This document shows, one piece after another, positions 39,754-50,020 of a DNA stretch of 64,000 bases. Within the stretch, counting starts at the first letter, position 1; every line of letters begins with the position of its first letter. Under the pieces are notes generated by a model. It worked only from the letters and a program-made list of their open reading frames with translations, searched no databases and had not been told where the DNA came from. Origin of the DNA: Candidatus Kapaibacterium sp. (GTDB lineage Bacteria > Bacteroidota > Ignavibacteria > Kapaibacteriales > Kapaibacteriaceae); NCBI GenBank assembly GCA_018882585.1, contig VFFB01000003.1, positions 10,359 to 74,358 on the forward strand, written 5' to 3'. The position numbers were made by a program, and so were the translations under genes.

Positions 39754-39934
39754 CCGACGGTGGAACAGACAAAGGGGTGCCTGAATGGCACCCCTTTGTT
39801 GTTTGTTCGTATGTGTCGTGCCCTTATCTGTGAACCACTAGGGCTGTGCGCCGGCCAACGCGGATAGCATACAGGCCCGGCGGCAACTGCGTAAACGGTA
39901 CCATCACCGGAGATATCTCGACCGTGTCGCGCCA
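39754..39934. repeat. Direct repeat copy 1 (3' end of delta-60 gene plus terminator)
   Basis: Matches 42474-42654 at offset 2720, with 6 mismatches in 181 bp by eye. Confidence 0.9.
39769..39799. terminator. Bidirectional intrinsic terminator
   Basis: 13-bp stem ACAAAGGGGTGCC/GGCACCCCTTTGT with T-rich tails on both strands. Confidence 0.85.
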
Positions 39935-42364
39935 GACTGGTATGCCGTTCATGTTGACTACGTCAACGGCAAGGCCATAATCCTCTGGCGATACATCGAT
40001 CTTGAGTACATCTTCAACTGGATTTGGAAACGGAACAAGAGAAGCCGCCGCATCGTCTATATCGCCGACTCCTGTCGTAGATACAATGCGAACGCGGGCA
40101 ATGTTCGACACATTAGTTGAACCTACTCGGGTGAATTCCCCAACGAGCACAATGTCTCGGCTTCCTTGCCATGCCATTGCCGAGATTCCTCTGTTTGTTG
40201 TCACGAGAGTGTCCTTGTCGACACTTCCGTCCGAACGCACACGCATGATCGCTGTGCCACGACTCACATAGAGGTCGCCGTTGTTGGCGCCCAGGAATCT
40301 ATTGCCATACCTCGTGAGGTAAGGAGCATAGCTGGGGTCAACTCTTCCCGAACGCAAAAGCCGTGTGATACTCGTGTTTACCACTGATTTGTAGCGACCG
40401 TTTATCACTTCGCACACTTCCGAAAACTGACCAGCAATAATGACCGACCCATCGGCGAACGTGACGACGTCAGTGATATCCGTACCGCTGGTTCCACGCA
40501 GGAACATGATAGAGTTAAACCTCTCGTCACGCGACCCGTTCGGCTTCAGGCGCACCACGTCATAAACCTGAACGCCATCGTAGCCACTTATACGTCCGGC
40601 GATGATCAGGTCGGCATTCGCCGTCAGCTCCATCGCCTTTATTGGTGCGACTGGGTAATCCGCAGGAGATTTGCTATACGCATTGATTCCCAGGCCAAGC
40701 CGAAAGGTTGTGTCAAGACTTCCATCCGATAGCAATCTGGCCAGGTACTTTTGTTCGACATCGCCAACGGAAGTAAAGTGCCCCGAGATATAGACCCGTC
40801 CATCCGGCAAGGGCCGCGCACGGTGCACCGCTGCGGCAAGACTCTTTGGAATACGGAACGTGGTATCAACAAAGCCGTCTGAGAACAGTCGTACCAGACC
40901 GCCAGTATCCGTGCTGTTAGACGGGTAATACCTCAGGACATAGACTCGCCCAAGACTGTCGTGACCCTGCACATCAGCACGCACACGGCCAAGCCAGTAG
41001 GCAGGAAGTTGATAGCGGTCCTGCACGGAGGACAACGCACCATCCGAGGTCATGATGACCACCGGACCGTATGTTGCATTGTCTATCGAAGAGATCAATC
41101 CCCCAGCGACGACGGAACCGTCATCACGTACTGTCACTGACCCATATGTTCCCGCGTTACCGCACATAGCTGCATACGCGTCATCGAGGGTATAGTCTGG
41201 GTTCAACTTTGCATGGCCATGTCGTCGCGTGCGCCCGATGAATTGGAACGTGCCGGACAGTACAATCGAACCGTCACGCAGTCGTAGGGCAGTGCTGACC
41301 TGACCATAACTCGGTTCGCCCACGGTTTGATCAAGCACAGCCCGCTCTCCAACAACCATCGTTGCATACCATACAACAGGGTCGGGGTAACGCCGCACTC
41401 TACGCGAGCCATATGCAAGGTAACTGTTGCCACCTAACGGCATGATGCCTCGAATGATGCTCTGGGATACGTCCCATACCGGGGCGTCTGCGCGCGCGGT
41501 GCCGTCCGCATTGATCAACACCAGCGTACTCAGGTAGTCACTCGAACTGTTCACGGCTTGATTTGTCGCCACAAGCAATTCGCCGCCACTAACAACGCGG
41601 ACATCGACAACGACGTGTGCCGAGTCAATTGCCGGAATGAACGACGTGTCGACGGATCCATTTTCGCGCACCTTTGCAAGTTTCGACACCGGGATTCCAC
41701 CCAACCCTGTAAACGAACCCCGCAAAAGCATCTCGCCGTCGGCAAGCATCGTGATTCCGGTTACGTAGTAATTTTTGACAGCAGGCGGCGTGAATGTAGT
41801 GTCGATGGCACCTTCGGCAGTCAGGCGCATCGCACCAACCCACGTGGTGCCGTTCGTGCGAGCGTCGCGGAAGCAGCCTGCTACAACAACGCGCCCCTCA
41901 TTATCAACGGCTATGCACGTTGGTTCACCCTTGTAATAATCACCGATGCCAAACTGTATGCTGGAGAAGGTTGGGTCGATCGTACCGTCAACGAAGACGC
42001 GCGCGACATACCATGCATTACCACCATTGGGACGATACAGGATCACAAGAGAGCTATCACTATACCATGCCGCAGCCATGGCGCTACGCCAACCAAGCTC
42101 GTCGGTTGCCCCCCAACTATTGTCAATGGAACCGTCCGGCAAGATCCGTAGCGCTGGCTCTGCTATCTCACCGCGGAAGATGTGAAGAGTTGTACCATCC
42201 GGCAGTGCGAACATCTGCGTCGGAGTTCTACGATATTCATCTTCACACTGATCACGAAACACCTGCGCAAAGGACGTGTCAACCGCCTGTGCATACGTAG
42301 GGATCGTGCAAGCAAGCAGCATGCAACCAATTACAATGCGCAACACCAATGAACAACGGTGCAT
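39824..42364 (-). CDS. Delta-60 repeat (DUF5122-like) beta-propeller protein with T9SS CTD
   Basis: Many RL..DGS.D.(S/T)F and DG.(I/V)...G.F repeats; signal peptide; C-terminus FPNPV...LPPGLY. Confidence 0.88.
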   Translation of the reverse strand: MHRCSLVLRIVIGCMLLACTIPTYAQAVDTSFAQVFRDQCEDEYRRTPTQMFALPDGTTLHIFRGEIAEPALRILPDGSIDNSWGATDELGWRSAMAAAWYSDSSLVILYRPNGGNAWYVARVFVDGTIDPTFSSIQFGIGDYYKGEPTCIAVDNEGRVVVAGCFRDARTNGTTWVGAMRLTAEGAIDTTFTPPAVKNYYVTGITMLADGEMLLRGSFTGLGGIPVSKLAKVRENGSVDTSFIPAIDSAHVVVDVRVVSGGELLVATNQAVNSSSDYLSTLVLINADGTARADAPVWDVSQSIIRGIMPLGGNSYLAYGSRRVRRYPDPVVWYATMVVGERAVLDQTVGEPSYGQVSTALRLRDGSIVLSGTFQFIGRTRRHGHAKLNPDYTLDDAYAAMCGNAGTYGSVTVRDDGSVVAGGLISSIDNATYGPVVIMTSDGALSSVQDRYQLPAYWLGRVRADVQGHDSLGRVYVLRYYPSNSTDTGGLVRLFSDGFVDTTFRIPKSLAAAVHRARPLPDGRVYISGHFTSVGDVEQKYLARLLSDGSLDTTFRLGLGINAYSKSPADYPVAPIKAMELTANADLIIAGRISGYDGVQVYDVVRLKPNGSRDERFNSIMFLRGTSGTDITDVVTFADGSVIIAGQFSEVCEVINGRYKSVVNTSITRLLRSGRVDPSYAPYLTRYGNRFLGANNGDLYVSRGTAIMRVRSDGSVDKDTLVTTNRGISAMAWQGSRDIVLVGEFTRVGSTNVSNIARVRIVSTTGVGDIDDAAASLVPFPNPVEDVLKIDVSPEDYGLAVDVVNMNGIPVWRDTVEISPVMVPFTQLPPGLYAIRVGRRTALVVHR

Positions 42365-42473
42365 GGATTCTCCATAGCAGTGCCGTGCATAGTAACACGC
42401 ACGCACGAAAACACCTAACGGATTGCTCTGCGTTACACAACCTTCAGCAATGCACAGGTAGAGTCAGTCGTAT

Positions 42474-42654
42474 CCGACGGTGGAACAGACAAATGGGTGC
42501 CTGAATGGCACCCCTTTGTTGTTTATTCGTATGTGTCGTGCCCTTATCTGTGAACCACCAGGGCTGTGCGCCGGCCAACGCAGATCGCATACAGGCCCGG
42601 CGGCAACTGCGTAAACGGTACCATCACCGGAGATGTCTCGACCGTGTCGCGCCA
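42474..42654. repeat. Direct repeat copy 2, including a terminator at 42489-42519 with one stem mismatch
   Basis: Near-identical to 39754-39934. Confidence 0.9.
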
Positions 42655-45048
42655 AACGGACACGCCGTTCATGTTGACAACGTCAATGCCAACGCCGTAG
42701 TCCTCTGGTGCCACATCAAGCCAAAGCTCATCATCAACAGGATTAGGAACGGCAATGAGTGGCAAAGAAACAACATCAGGTTCTTGAACTGAGGTGGCGA
42801 CCGGCACTTGGATACGAGCGATGTGTGAAACTTCTGTTAGACCCACACGGTTGAACAGGCCGACGAACACAATGTTCTTGGCACCCTGCCACGACATGGA
42901 TGTAATGTAGCCGTTCGTTGTCGCAAGAAGCACGTCATCAACTGTTCCGTCTGAGCGCACACGCAATATCCCTTGACCAGCCACAAGAATGTTACCGTCG
43001 GTGTCACAGAGTATGTCCTGAACACCACGCACTGCAGAGACGTCAGGAGCAAAGTCTCGGTCGAGGGTGCCCTGCCGCGACAGACGTATGATGTTCGAGT
43101 ACACGACGTCGTTTACCTGGGAAAACAATCCAGCAATGACAGCGGATCCATCCGGAAGTACGACCAGATGGTTGATATCGTTGGACATGCTCCCAACAAG
43201 CTTTAGGTTGGGGGCAAACATTGAATCTCGCTGACCATTTGGATGCAATCGCACGATGCTGGTAGCGGTAACGCCGTCGTAGCCATTGATCCGGCCCGCG
43301 ACCACAAGATCGCCATCTGGTGTGATCTCCATTGCCCGTACCGGTGATACAACGCCGGAGGCGTCAGGCAATGTGGTGTCGGTCATAATGCCGGAGGCCA
43401 GCTTGAATGTGGTGTCTAAACTTCCGTCCACAAGCAAACGCGCTACGTACTTCTGTTCAACGCCTTCAATCGTTGTGAAGTATCCGGAGACATATGCACG
43501 GCCATCTGGCAGCGGGCGCGCGTGCCTCACTGCCAACTCAAGACCCTTCGGAATCCGGAACGTGCTGTCGATGGAGCCGTCGGGCAATAGTCGTACCAGG
43601 TCGCCATGATCCGTTTCGTTGTTGTTGTGCATGAGAACAGCATACACACGCTCAAGACTGTCGTGTCCCTGCACAATAGCATACACGTTGCCGAACCAAT
43701 AGGCAGGAAGTTGGTAGCGATCCTGTATAGGAGACAACGTACCATCCGAGGCCATCACAACCACCGGGCCGGTGGTCGTTTTGCCTACCGCTGCTATGGT
43801 TCCTCCAGCGACGACAGTACCATCACTGCGTATGATCACTGATTGCAAGGTGCCCTCGATGCCACACGGCTCGGCAAAAGCGTCATCCAGAGCAAACGAC
43901 TGCGTAAGTCGTATGTAGTCTCGACGCGGCGTACGCCCGATGAATCCGAACGTGCCAGACAGTACAATCGCACCGTCATGCTGTCGTAGCGCGGCATTGA
44001 TCTGACCAAGGTTCGGTTCGCCGACTGTTCGATCAAGCACACCCTGCACACCAACTGCCACCGTTGCATACCACACTGCAGGGTCGCGCCGATACGCCAG
44101 CAGACGCGAACCGTATGCAAGGTAGGTGTTGCCACCTAACGGAAGGACACCTTGAATGATGTTCTGGGATACATCCCATGCCGGCGCAGGTGTGCGCGCA
44201 GTGCCGTCAGCATTGATCACAACCAGCGTACTTGTGTAACGGTTCGACGTATTGCTGCTTGTTGTTGCAACAAGCAATCCGCCATCGCCAACAACGTGGA
44301 CGTCAACGACGGAATGTGCCGTGTCGATCGCCGGAATGAACGATGTGTCGACGGTGCCTGCAACGCTCAGCTTGGCAAGTTTCGTTGCCGTTGTTCCGCC
44401 AAGCCCTCTGAAGGAGCCATGGACGAGGAACTCGCCACCAGGAAGCATCGTAATGCCAGTGATAAACAGATCCCGGATGGTCGGAGCAGTGAATGAATCA
44501 TCGACGACACCTGAGGGCGTTAGTCGTAACGCACCAACCATCGCACTCGTACGAGCGTCGCGAAAACGACCAGCAACAACAACGCGCTGCCGGTCATCGA
44601 CGCTAAGGCAGGTTGGATACCCCGACCCAAATGGTTCCGATGCAAAGGCAGAATCGATCGTACCATCTGTAAACACCCTAACTACACGAGACAGGTTGTC
44701 GGTCTCTCGGCGATATAACATGACAAGAGCGTTATCACCGTGCCATGCTGCAGCCGAGGCACTCCAGCCTTGCAGTGTGGTTGCACCCCAGCTACTATCG
44801 ATAGCACCGTCGGGCAAGGTGCGTAACGCCGCGCGAAGCATACCGTCAATGCGAGGGTTACTGCCAACGTGTAGAATAGAACCATCGGCCAAGGCAAACA
44901 TGTCGGTGGTACCTGTTGGATAGCTCCGCGTACAGTGCTCACGAAACGCCGGCGCAAAGGACGGATCGGCCTCCTGTGCATGTACTTGACTTGCGCGGAT
45001 GAACAGCAGACAGCTGAATGCGATGCGCAACAACGACCATCTGGCCAT
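42544..45048 (-). CDS. Delta-60 repeat beta-propeller protein with T9SS CTD (tandem paralogue)
   Basis: Collinear with 39824-42364 over its whole length; GGAGG upstream of ATG 45048. Confidence 0.88.
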   Translation of the reverse strand: MARWSLLRIAFSCLLFIRASQVHAQEADPSFAPAFREHCTRSYPTGTTDMFALADGSILHVGSNPRIDGMLRAALRTLPDGAIDSSWGATTLQGWSASAAAWHGDNALVMLYRRETDNLSRVVRVFTDGTIDSAFASEPFGSGYPTCLSVDDRQRVVVAGRFRDARTSAMVGALRLTPSGVVDDSFTAPTIRDLFITGITMLPGGEFLVHGSFRGLGGTTATKLAKLSVAGTVDTSFIPAIDTAHSVVDVHVVGDGGLLVATTSSNTSNRYTSTLVVINADGTARTPAPAWDVSQNIIQGVLPLGGNTYLAYGSRLLAYRRDPAVWYATVAVGVQGVLDRTVGEPNLGQINAALRQHDGAIVLSGTFGFIGRTPRRDYIRLTQSFALDDAFAEPCGIEGTLQSVIIRSDGTVVAGGTIAAVGKTTTGPVVVMASDGTLSPIQDRYQLPAYWFGNVYAIVQGHDSLERVYAVLMHNNNETDHGDLVRLLPDGSIDSTFRIPKGLELAVRHARPLPDGRAYVSGYFTTIEGVEQKYVARLLVDGSLDTTFKLASGIMTDTTLPDASGVVSPVRAMEITPDGDLVVAGRINGYDGVTATSIVRLHPNGQRDSMFAPNLKLVGSMSNDINHLVVLPDGSAVIAGLFSQVNDVVYSNIIRLSRQGTLDRDFAPDVSAVRGVQDILCDTDGNILVAGQGILRVRSDGTVDDVLLATTNGYITSMSWQGAKNIVFVGLFNRVGLTEVSHIARIQVPVATSVQEPDVVSLPLIAVPNPVDDELWLDVAPEDYGVGIDVVNMNGVSVWRDTVETSPVMVPFTQLPPGLYAICVGRRTALVVHR

Positions 45049-45160
45049 GATTCCTCCGTAGCGGCAACACAAACCGAAACAGCATGATACGATAAGATAG
45101 CATGCATCCATCCGACCGATGTAGCAACCGTCCGTTACATTCGGCTCGCGAATACGACGG

Positions 45161-45760
45161 TCAGAAACCGCCAGTTCCCACGATAGTTCGAAATGTCAGG
45201 TTGATCCTAGGCTCTGCCACGCCACGCTCTTTCGGCACCCGGTGATACCAGTGTTCCTGCATTGCCCCCTTCATCACCAGTACGCTGGAATGGTGAAGGG
45301 GCAGTGCCAGACGCTGTGAAGGGTCGGACCGGTGTTTGCACTGAAACATGCGCGTCGCGCCAAGACTTATCGATGCGATGACGGGGTTGACGCCAAGCTC
45401 GCGCTCGTTGTCGCGATGCCATCCCATGCTGTCTGCGCCGTTCCTATACAGGTTTAGCAGAACGGTTGTGAATGACGTGTCAGCATGTTGTTCGGCGACA
45501 TCTTTCAACTTGAGGAGCGTCGGCGTCCACGGCAGAGGACGCATGGTCCGGCCTGAATAGCGATACGTAAAGCCATCGTCACCATACAGAGCCGTTCTTC
45601 GTGGTTGCATCACCTGACGTCCGAACATCGTGATGGTTTCGTCGCGCCAGGCAGTATCCTGCAACAACGTTTTGAACCACGATAGTGTCGTGGCATCATC
45701 TACGTTCATATCGTGCATCGTCATGATGCCGTCGCACGGTAACAGGTTCATCGACATCAT
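45161..45760 (-). CDS. AlkB-family 2OG-Fe(II) dioxygenase
   Basis: NLYRNGADSMGWHRD (HxD), HRVPK, RINLTFR. Confidence 0.92.
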   Translation of the reverse strand: MMSMNLLPCDGIMTMHDMNVDDATTLSWFKTLLQDTAWRDETITMFGRQVMQPRRTALYGDDGFTYRYSGRTMRPLPWTPTLLKLKDVAEQHADTSFTTVLLNLYRNGADSMGWHRDNERELGVNPVIASISLGATRMFQCKHRSDPSQRLALPLHHSSVLVMKGAMQEHWYHRVPKERGVAEPRINLTFRTIVGTGGF

Positions 45761-45772
45761 ACCGATAGTGCT

Positions 45773-46522
45773 TTAGAGCAGTCGATGCGCCAGGATATCC
45801 TCGTGGTCGCGTTGCACGGAAAAGCCATGGCGTTGCAACAGCGACAGAAGGTCGTCAAGGAGGGGTGTGGGAATATGCTTGTACTCAAAAACGACCGTGT
45901 GCGTTTTCCATTCGTCGAAACGAATGCGACTGACCACTTCGTGGTCGTAGCCCTCGACATCGACAACGATGATGTCGACCCTTGGAAGGGCGCTTTCGGA
46001 TACGATCTCGTCGAGTGTTCTACATGGTACATCGATCGACGTTATGCATGATGCTGCATCAGGAAGCTCGGCTGTTGCCTGTACAACCTGGTTTCGATCG
46101 AAGGACCCAACACCTCGTGCCCACGCAGGAAGATGACGTCCCTTTTCGGCATCGATGTAGTACAGCCGCATTGCTCGCTCTTGATGGTGGACGGCAATGT
46201 TAAGCAGCTGTACCGGCAGGCCTGCGTAGTGCGCACGAAGTGCGCGAAAGAACGACGGTACGGGCTCGACGGCGACTCCATGCCATCGGTATCGACTTGC
46301 ATGGTCATAGACGTGGTCGGCCATCACTCCGTCGTTCGCACCGATCAGCATGAATGTCTGCTCACGCCTACGACGCACCACCGACCGGAGGTGGTCGTGC
46401 ACCATGCGCTCGCCACGGATGGACGTCGGAAGGGCGCGGTACAGACGTCGCAGAAACAGATGTAACCGACGAAACCGTCCCGTAACGGCCGTGACAGGTG
46501 CGATGATGGAGTCTAGTGCCAT
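45773..46522 (-). CDS. FkbM-family methyltransferase
   Basis: IGANDG, AVEP, VDVEGYD. Confidence 0.9.
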   Translation of the reverse strand: MALDSIIAPVTAVTGRFRRLHLFLRRLYRALPTSIRGERMVHDHLRSVVRRRREQTFMLIGANDGVMADHVYDHASRYRWHGVAVEPVPSFFRALRAHYAGLPVQLLNIAVHHQERAMRLYYIDAEKGRHLPAWARGVGSFDRNQVVQATAELPDAASCITSIDVPCRTLDEIVSESALPRVDIIVVDVEGYDHEVVSRIRFDEWKTHTVVFEYKHIPTPLLDDLLSLLQRHGFSVQRDHEDILAHRLL

Positions 46523-46635
46523 GACGTGCAAGTTACGCCGACATGTATAACCCTTGCGAATACGCAGGGGGATGCCGTGCACGGTAAACGCCACACGTCG
46601 TGTATCTTGAATGACCATACACGTGCCAAGAACCA

Positions 46636-47550
46636 ATGCAAATTCTCATTCTCGGCGCCGGTAGCCGAACGGCAGCTGCGCTGATTCCGATGATTCTTGA
46701 AGAGACAGAGGCAGATGTGACGCTTGTTTCACGACATGCCATCCTCTCGGACGATCCGCGCATCACGTCTATCGAGGCTGACATCACCGATCGGGCGACG
46801 CTAAAAGACATCGTGATGTCGACGCTTCCTGACGTCGTCGTCAACCTGGCGGCGATGACCCATGTGGATCGCTGCGAGGTCGACCGGAGCGAATGCTGGT
46901 CCCTTAACGTCACACTGGTCGAGAACATCACCCGATTCTGTCGGGCTACAGACGCTCATCTGATTCACTTCTCGACCGACTACATCTTTGATGGTCTGCG
47001 CGGTCCGTATGCAGAGGACGACACGCCCAACCCCATCAGCTACTACGGGAAGGCCAAGCTCGCGGGTGAGAACGTCGTCACCAGCAGCGGGGTTGATGCC
47101 ACGATCATCCGTACGAATGTGGTCTATGGTCCGAGCCCCGACCACCCGGACTTCGTGCTCTACGTTCTGCATTCGATCGACCATGGAAAACCTGTGAACG
47201 CCGCCGGCGATCAGTACTCGAATCCGACCTACGTCGATGACATCGCCGAGGCAACCATACGGATCATCCGAAAGCGGCGGACCGGGGTGTATCACGTTGG
47301 AGGGCGTGACTACCTGAGCAGATATGAGTTTGCCTGCATCGTTGCCGAAACCTTCAAGCTGCCTACCACACTCATCAACAACGTCACGACCGAGTCGCTT
47401 GCGTTACCTGCCCGGCGGCCGCTTCGCGGAGGCTTGATCTGCACCAAGGCCGAAGCTGACCTGGGCATGCAGTTCATGGGGGTATCCTCGGGCCTGATCA
47501 CCCTACGACACAAACTTTTCCAGCGGACCGCCCCACCTGGCAATCGCTGA
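46636..47550 (+). CDS. dTDP-4-dehydrorhamnose reductase-like SDR (RmlD family)
   Basis: NLAAMTHVD, STDYIFDG, YYGKAKLAGE, DQYSNPT. Confidence 0.88.
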   Translation: MQILILGAGSRTAAALIPMILEETEADVTLVSRHAILSDDPRITSIEADITDRATLKDIVMSTLPDVVVNLAAMTHVDRCEVDRSECWSLNVTLVENITRFCRATDAHLIHFSTDYIFDGLRGPYAEDDTPNPISYYGKAKLAGENVVTSSGVDATIIRTNVVYGPSPDHPDFVLYVLHSIDHGKPVNAAGDQYSNPTYVDDIAEATIRIIRKRRTGVYHVGGRDYLSRYEFACIVAETFKLPTTLINNVTTESLALPARRPLRGGLICTKAEADLGMQFMGVSSGLITLRHKLFQRTAPPGNR

Positions 47551-47559
47551 CCAGTTGAT

Positions 47560-47665
47560 AAAAAACTACAAGCCCCGCCTGGAAAGGTTGACGGGGCTTG
47601 GGGGGTGGGACGTGGAAGAACGGGGACACGTTCTTCTACACTATGGAGGGGACTAGCGTGTAGGA
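47560..47665 (-). ncRNA. Candidate small RNA with repeated GUCCC motifs ending in an intrinsic terminator
   Basis: Two consecutive hairpins with C-rich loops, a third GTCCC in the linker, then the CAAGCCCCG/CGGGGCTTG stem and TTTTTT. Confidence 0.45.
47569..47600 (-). terminator. Intrinsic terminator
   Basis: 9-bp outer stem with an inner CCT-TTCC-AGG hairpin, followed by TAGTTTTTT on the minus strand. Confidence 0.8.
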
Positions 47666-47731
47666 CGGCATAACGCCTGTCGTAGTGTCGCAGGTTCCCC
47701 GAACATTCTCCGAAAAATGAACTGCATCGGC

Positions 47732-49276
47732 CTACAGGCCCCATGTTGCGCGATCGAGACTCCGGTACTGCACGGCTTCGGCAACGTCCGACGCTGTGAT
47801 ATGGTCGTGCTCTCCAAGGTCGGCGATCGTACGAGCCACCTTGATGATACGGTCGTAGGCCCGTGCCGAGAACCCCATCGACGTCATGGCCCGGCGCAGC
47901 AGTGCCGCCCCCTCGGCGTCGAGCACGCAGTGCATGCGCAGGTCGTTCGACGTCATGTCTGCATTCTTGAACACGCCCGTTGCGCCACGAAACCGCTCGT
48001 GCTGGATCGATCGCGCTGCCTCGACACGGGCGCGGATGCTTGCTGAGTGTTCACCTGTTGGTGCCGTCGAAAGTTCATCAACCTTGACAGCCGGCACCTG
48101 GACGTGGATGTCGATCCGGTCCATCAGGGGGCCACTGATCTTTGCCATGTACTTCTGCACGGCTTCGGGCCTGCACTGACATTGCTGATGCGGATTTCCA
48201 TAGTGGCCGCACGGACATGGATTCATCGAACACACAAGCATGACGTTGGCCGGAAACTCCACCGTCATCTTCGTCCGCGAAATGCATATCCGCTTGTCTT
48301 CCAGCGGTTGCCGTAGCACTTCCAGCACGTTCCGCTGGAACTCTGGTACCTCGTCAAGGAATAACACACCGTGGTGGGCAAGCGACACTTCGCCGGCACG
48401 CACAATGCCAACACCGCCCCCTACCAATGCCGCATCGCTGATGGTGTGATGAGGTGCTCGAAAGGGGCGTTGCGTCACCAGCGGACGTCCCGCCGGCAGT
48501 AAGCCGGCAACGGAGTGGATCTTCGTTGTCTCGAGCGACTCTGCAAGCGTAAGCGGGGGGAGGATTCCTGGCAGACGCTTGGCGATCATCGTTTTGCCCG
48601 AACCCGGCGGACCGATCATGATGATGTTGTGTCCGCCGGCGGCCGCAACTTCCAGTGCCCGCTTGACGGACATCTGTCCCTTGACATCCCGCAGGTCAAG
48701 GTCGGTCCGGTCACGCTCGCGACGGAACAAGGCATCAACGTCAACACGTACAGGCGTGGGGATCAGCATGCCATTCAGCAGAGCGACGGCATCGGCCAAC
48801 GTTTCCATGGGCACCACGTCGATATCGTCGACGATGGCTGCCTCGGCGGCGTTAGGAGCGGGCACCAGCAGGCGTTTACAACCGCGCGCCCTCATGGCCA
48901 TGGCAACCGGCAGCAGTCCATGCACGGGCCGTATGGTACCGTCCAAGGCCAGCTCGCCCATGATCACGGTGTTCGTGTCATCCAAGGGTGGCAGCCGCTG
49001 CAGCGAGATCAGCAGCCCGATGGCAATGGCCATGTCGAATGCACTGCCCTCTTTCCGTACGTCAGCCGGAGCCAGGTTGATGATGAAGCGTCGTGGTGGC
49101 AGATCAAAGCCGGTGTTCTTGAGTGCTGCCTGCACACGCTCCTTGGCTTCCCTGACGGAGTTGTCGGGGAGTCCTACGATGTGCATGCCCGGCAACCCCT
49201 GCTCGGCGTGTATCTCGATCTCGACCGGCACGGCCGTAATGCCGAACACCGATGCTGCATGTGTCTTTGCGTACAT
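47732..49276 (-). CDS. comM: YifB/ComM Mg-chelatase-like AAA ATPase
   Basis: IVGLPD..VREAKERV, GPPGSGKT, LFLDE, NPCPCG, DRIDI. Confidence 0.93.
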   Translation of the reverse strand: MYAKTHAASVFGITAVPVEIEIHAEQGLPGMHIVGLPDNSVREAKERVQAALKNTGFDLPPRRFIINLAPADVRKEGSAFDMAIAIGLLISLQRLPPLDDTNTVIMGELALDGTIRPVHGLLPVAMAMRARGCKRLLVPAPNAAEAAIVDDIDVVPMETLADAVALLNGMLIPTPVRVDVDALFRRERDRTDLDLRDVKGQMSVKRALEVAAAGGHNIIMIGPPGSGKTMIAKRLPGILPPLTLAESLETTKIHSVAGLLPAGRPLVTQRPFRAPHHTISDAALVGGGVGIVRAGEVSLAHHGVLFLDEVPEFQRNVLEVLRQPLEDKRICISRTKMTVEFPANVMLVCSMNPCPCGHYGNPHQQCQCRPEAVQKYMAKISGPLMDRIDIHVQVPAVKVDELSTAPTGEHSASIRARVEAARSIQHERFRGATGVFKNADMTSNDLRMHCVLDAEGAALLRRAMTSMGFSARAYDRIIKVARTIADLGEHDHITASDVAEAVQYRSLDRATWGL

Positions 49277-49351
49277 GCACGATAGTGACACAACGCATGG
49301 AAAGTGTGACGCCGCCGTCACCACGTGCCGTGCGAGCCGTAGATTTGAACC

Positions 49352-49993
49352 ATGGCAGCAGCAAAGAAGTGGTACGTCGTATGGCACGGACATAACCCCG
49401 GCGTGTATGATTCCTGGGATGCTGCCGGCAAACAGGTGCAGGGTGTGCCGGGTGCGAAGTACAAGTCGTTTCCGTCAAAGGCCGAGGCCGAGGCAGCCTT
49501 CGTCGACGGGGCTGCACTGCACATTTCGTCGGCATCAGGCGGTACTTCCAAGCGGCCGAAGGCCGGACCGCGTGCGCTACCGGCTGCTGTGCGCCTTCCA
49601 AGTATTGCCGTCGATGCAGCGTGCGACATGACGACGGGCGTGATGGAGTACCGGGGTGTTGATCTTGCCACGGGCGCCGAGATCTTCCGCATGGGCCCCT
49701 TCCAGGATTCGTCGAACAACCTTGGCGAATTCCTTGCCATCGTCCATGCACTCGGATGGTGTAAGCAGCAGGGATCGGTCGTACCGATCTACTCCGACTC
49801 TCGAACAGCGCTCTCATGGGTGCGCCGGAAGTTTGCCAAAACGACCGTGGTTCGCACTCCGGGTAATGCCGTGGTGTTCGACCTTATCGCCCGTGCCGAA
49901 GACTGGGTGAAAAAGAACGCCTATGCGAATCCTGTTCTGAAGTGGAATACCGAGGACTGGGGCGAAAATCCGGCCGACTTTGGGCGGAAGTAA
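49352..49993 (+). CDS. rnhA: Ribonuclease HI with N-terminal hybrid-binding (caulimovirus viroplasmin-like) domain
   Basis: WYVVWHGHNPGVYDSW; AVDAAC, NNLGEFLA, YSDS, WGENPADFGRK. Confidence 0.93.
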   Translation: MAAAKKWYVVWHGHNPGVYDSWDAAGKQVQGVPGAKYKSFPSKAEAEAAFVDGAALHISSASGGTSKRPKAGPRALPAAVRLPSIAVDAACDMTTGVMEYRGVDLATGAEIFRMGPFQDSSNNLGEFLAIVHALGWCKQQGSVVPIYSDSRTALSWVRRKFAKTTVVRTPGNAVVFDLIARAEDWVKKNAYANPVLKWNTEDWGENPADFGRK

Positions 49994-50020
49994 CGAATAC
50001 CGATCATCACCAATACAACC

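Noticed and set aside
39754..42654. Diversity-generating retroelement (VR/TR pair)
   Set aside because: No reverse transcriptase in the window, mismatches are not adenine-specific, and both copies are ends of full-length paralogues.
48515..49817. Long alternative ORFs overlapping comM/rnhA, and similar shadow ORFs such as 2615-3412, 9839-10633, 17406-18209 and 52207-53073
   Set aside because: Antisense or off-frame shadows of well-supported genes in GC-rich DNA, with no recognisable motifs.
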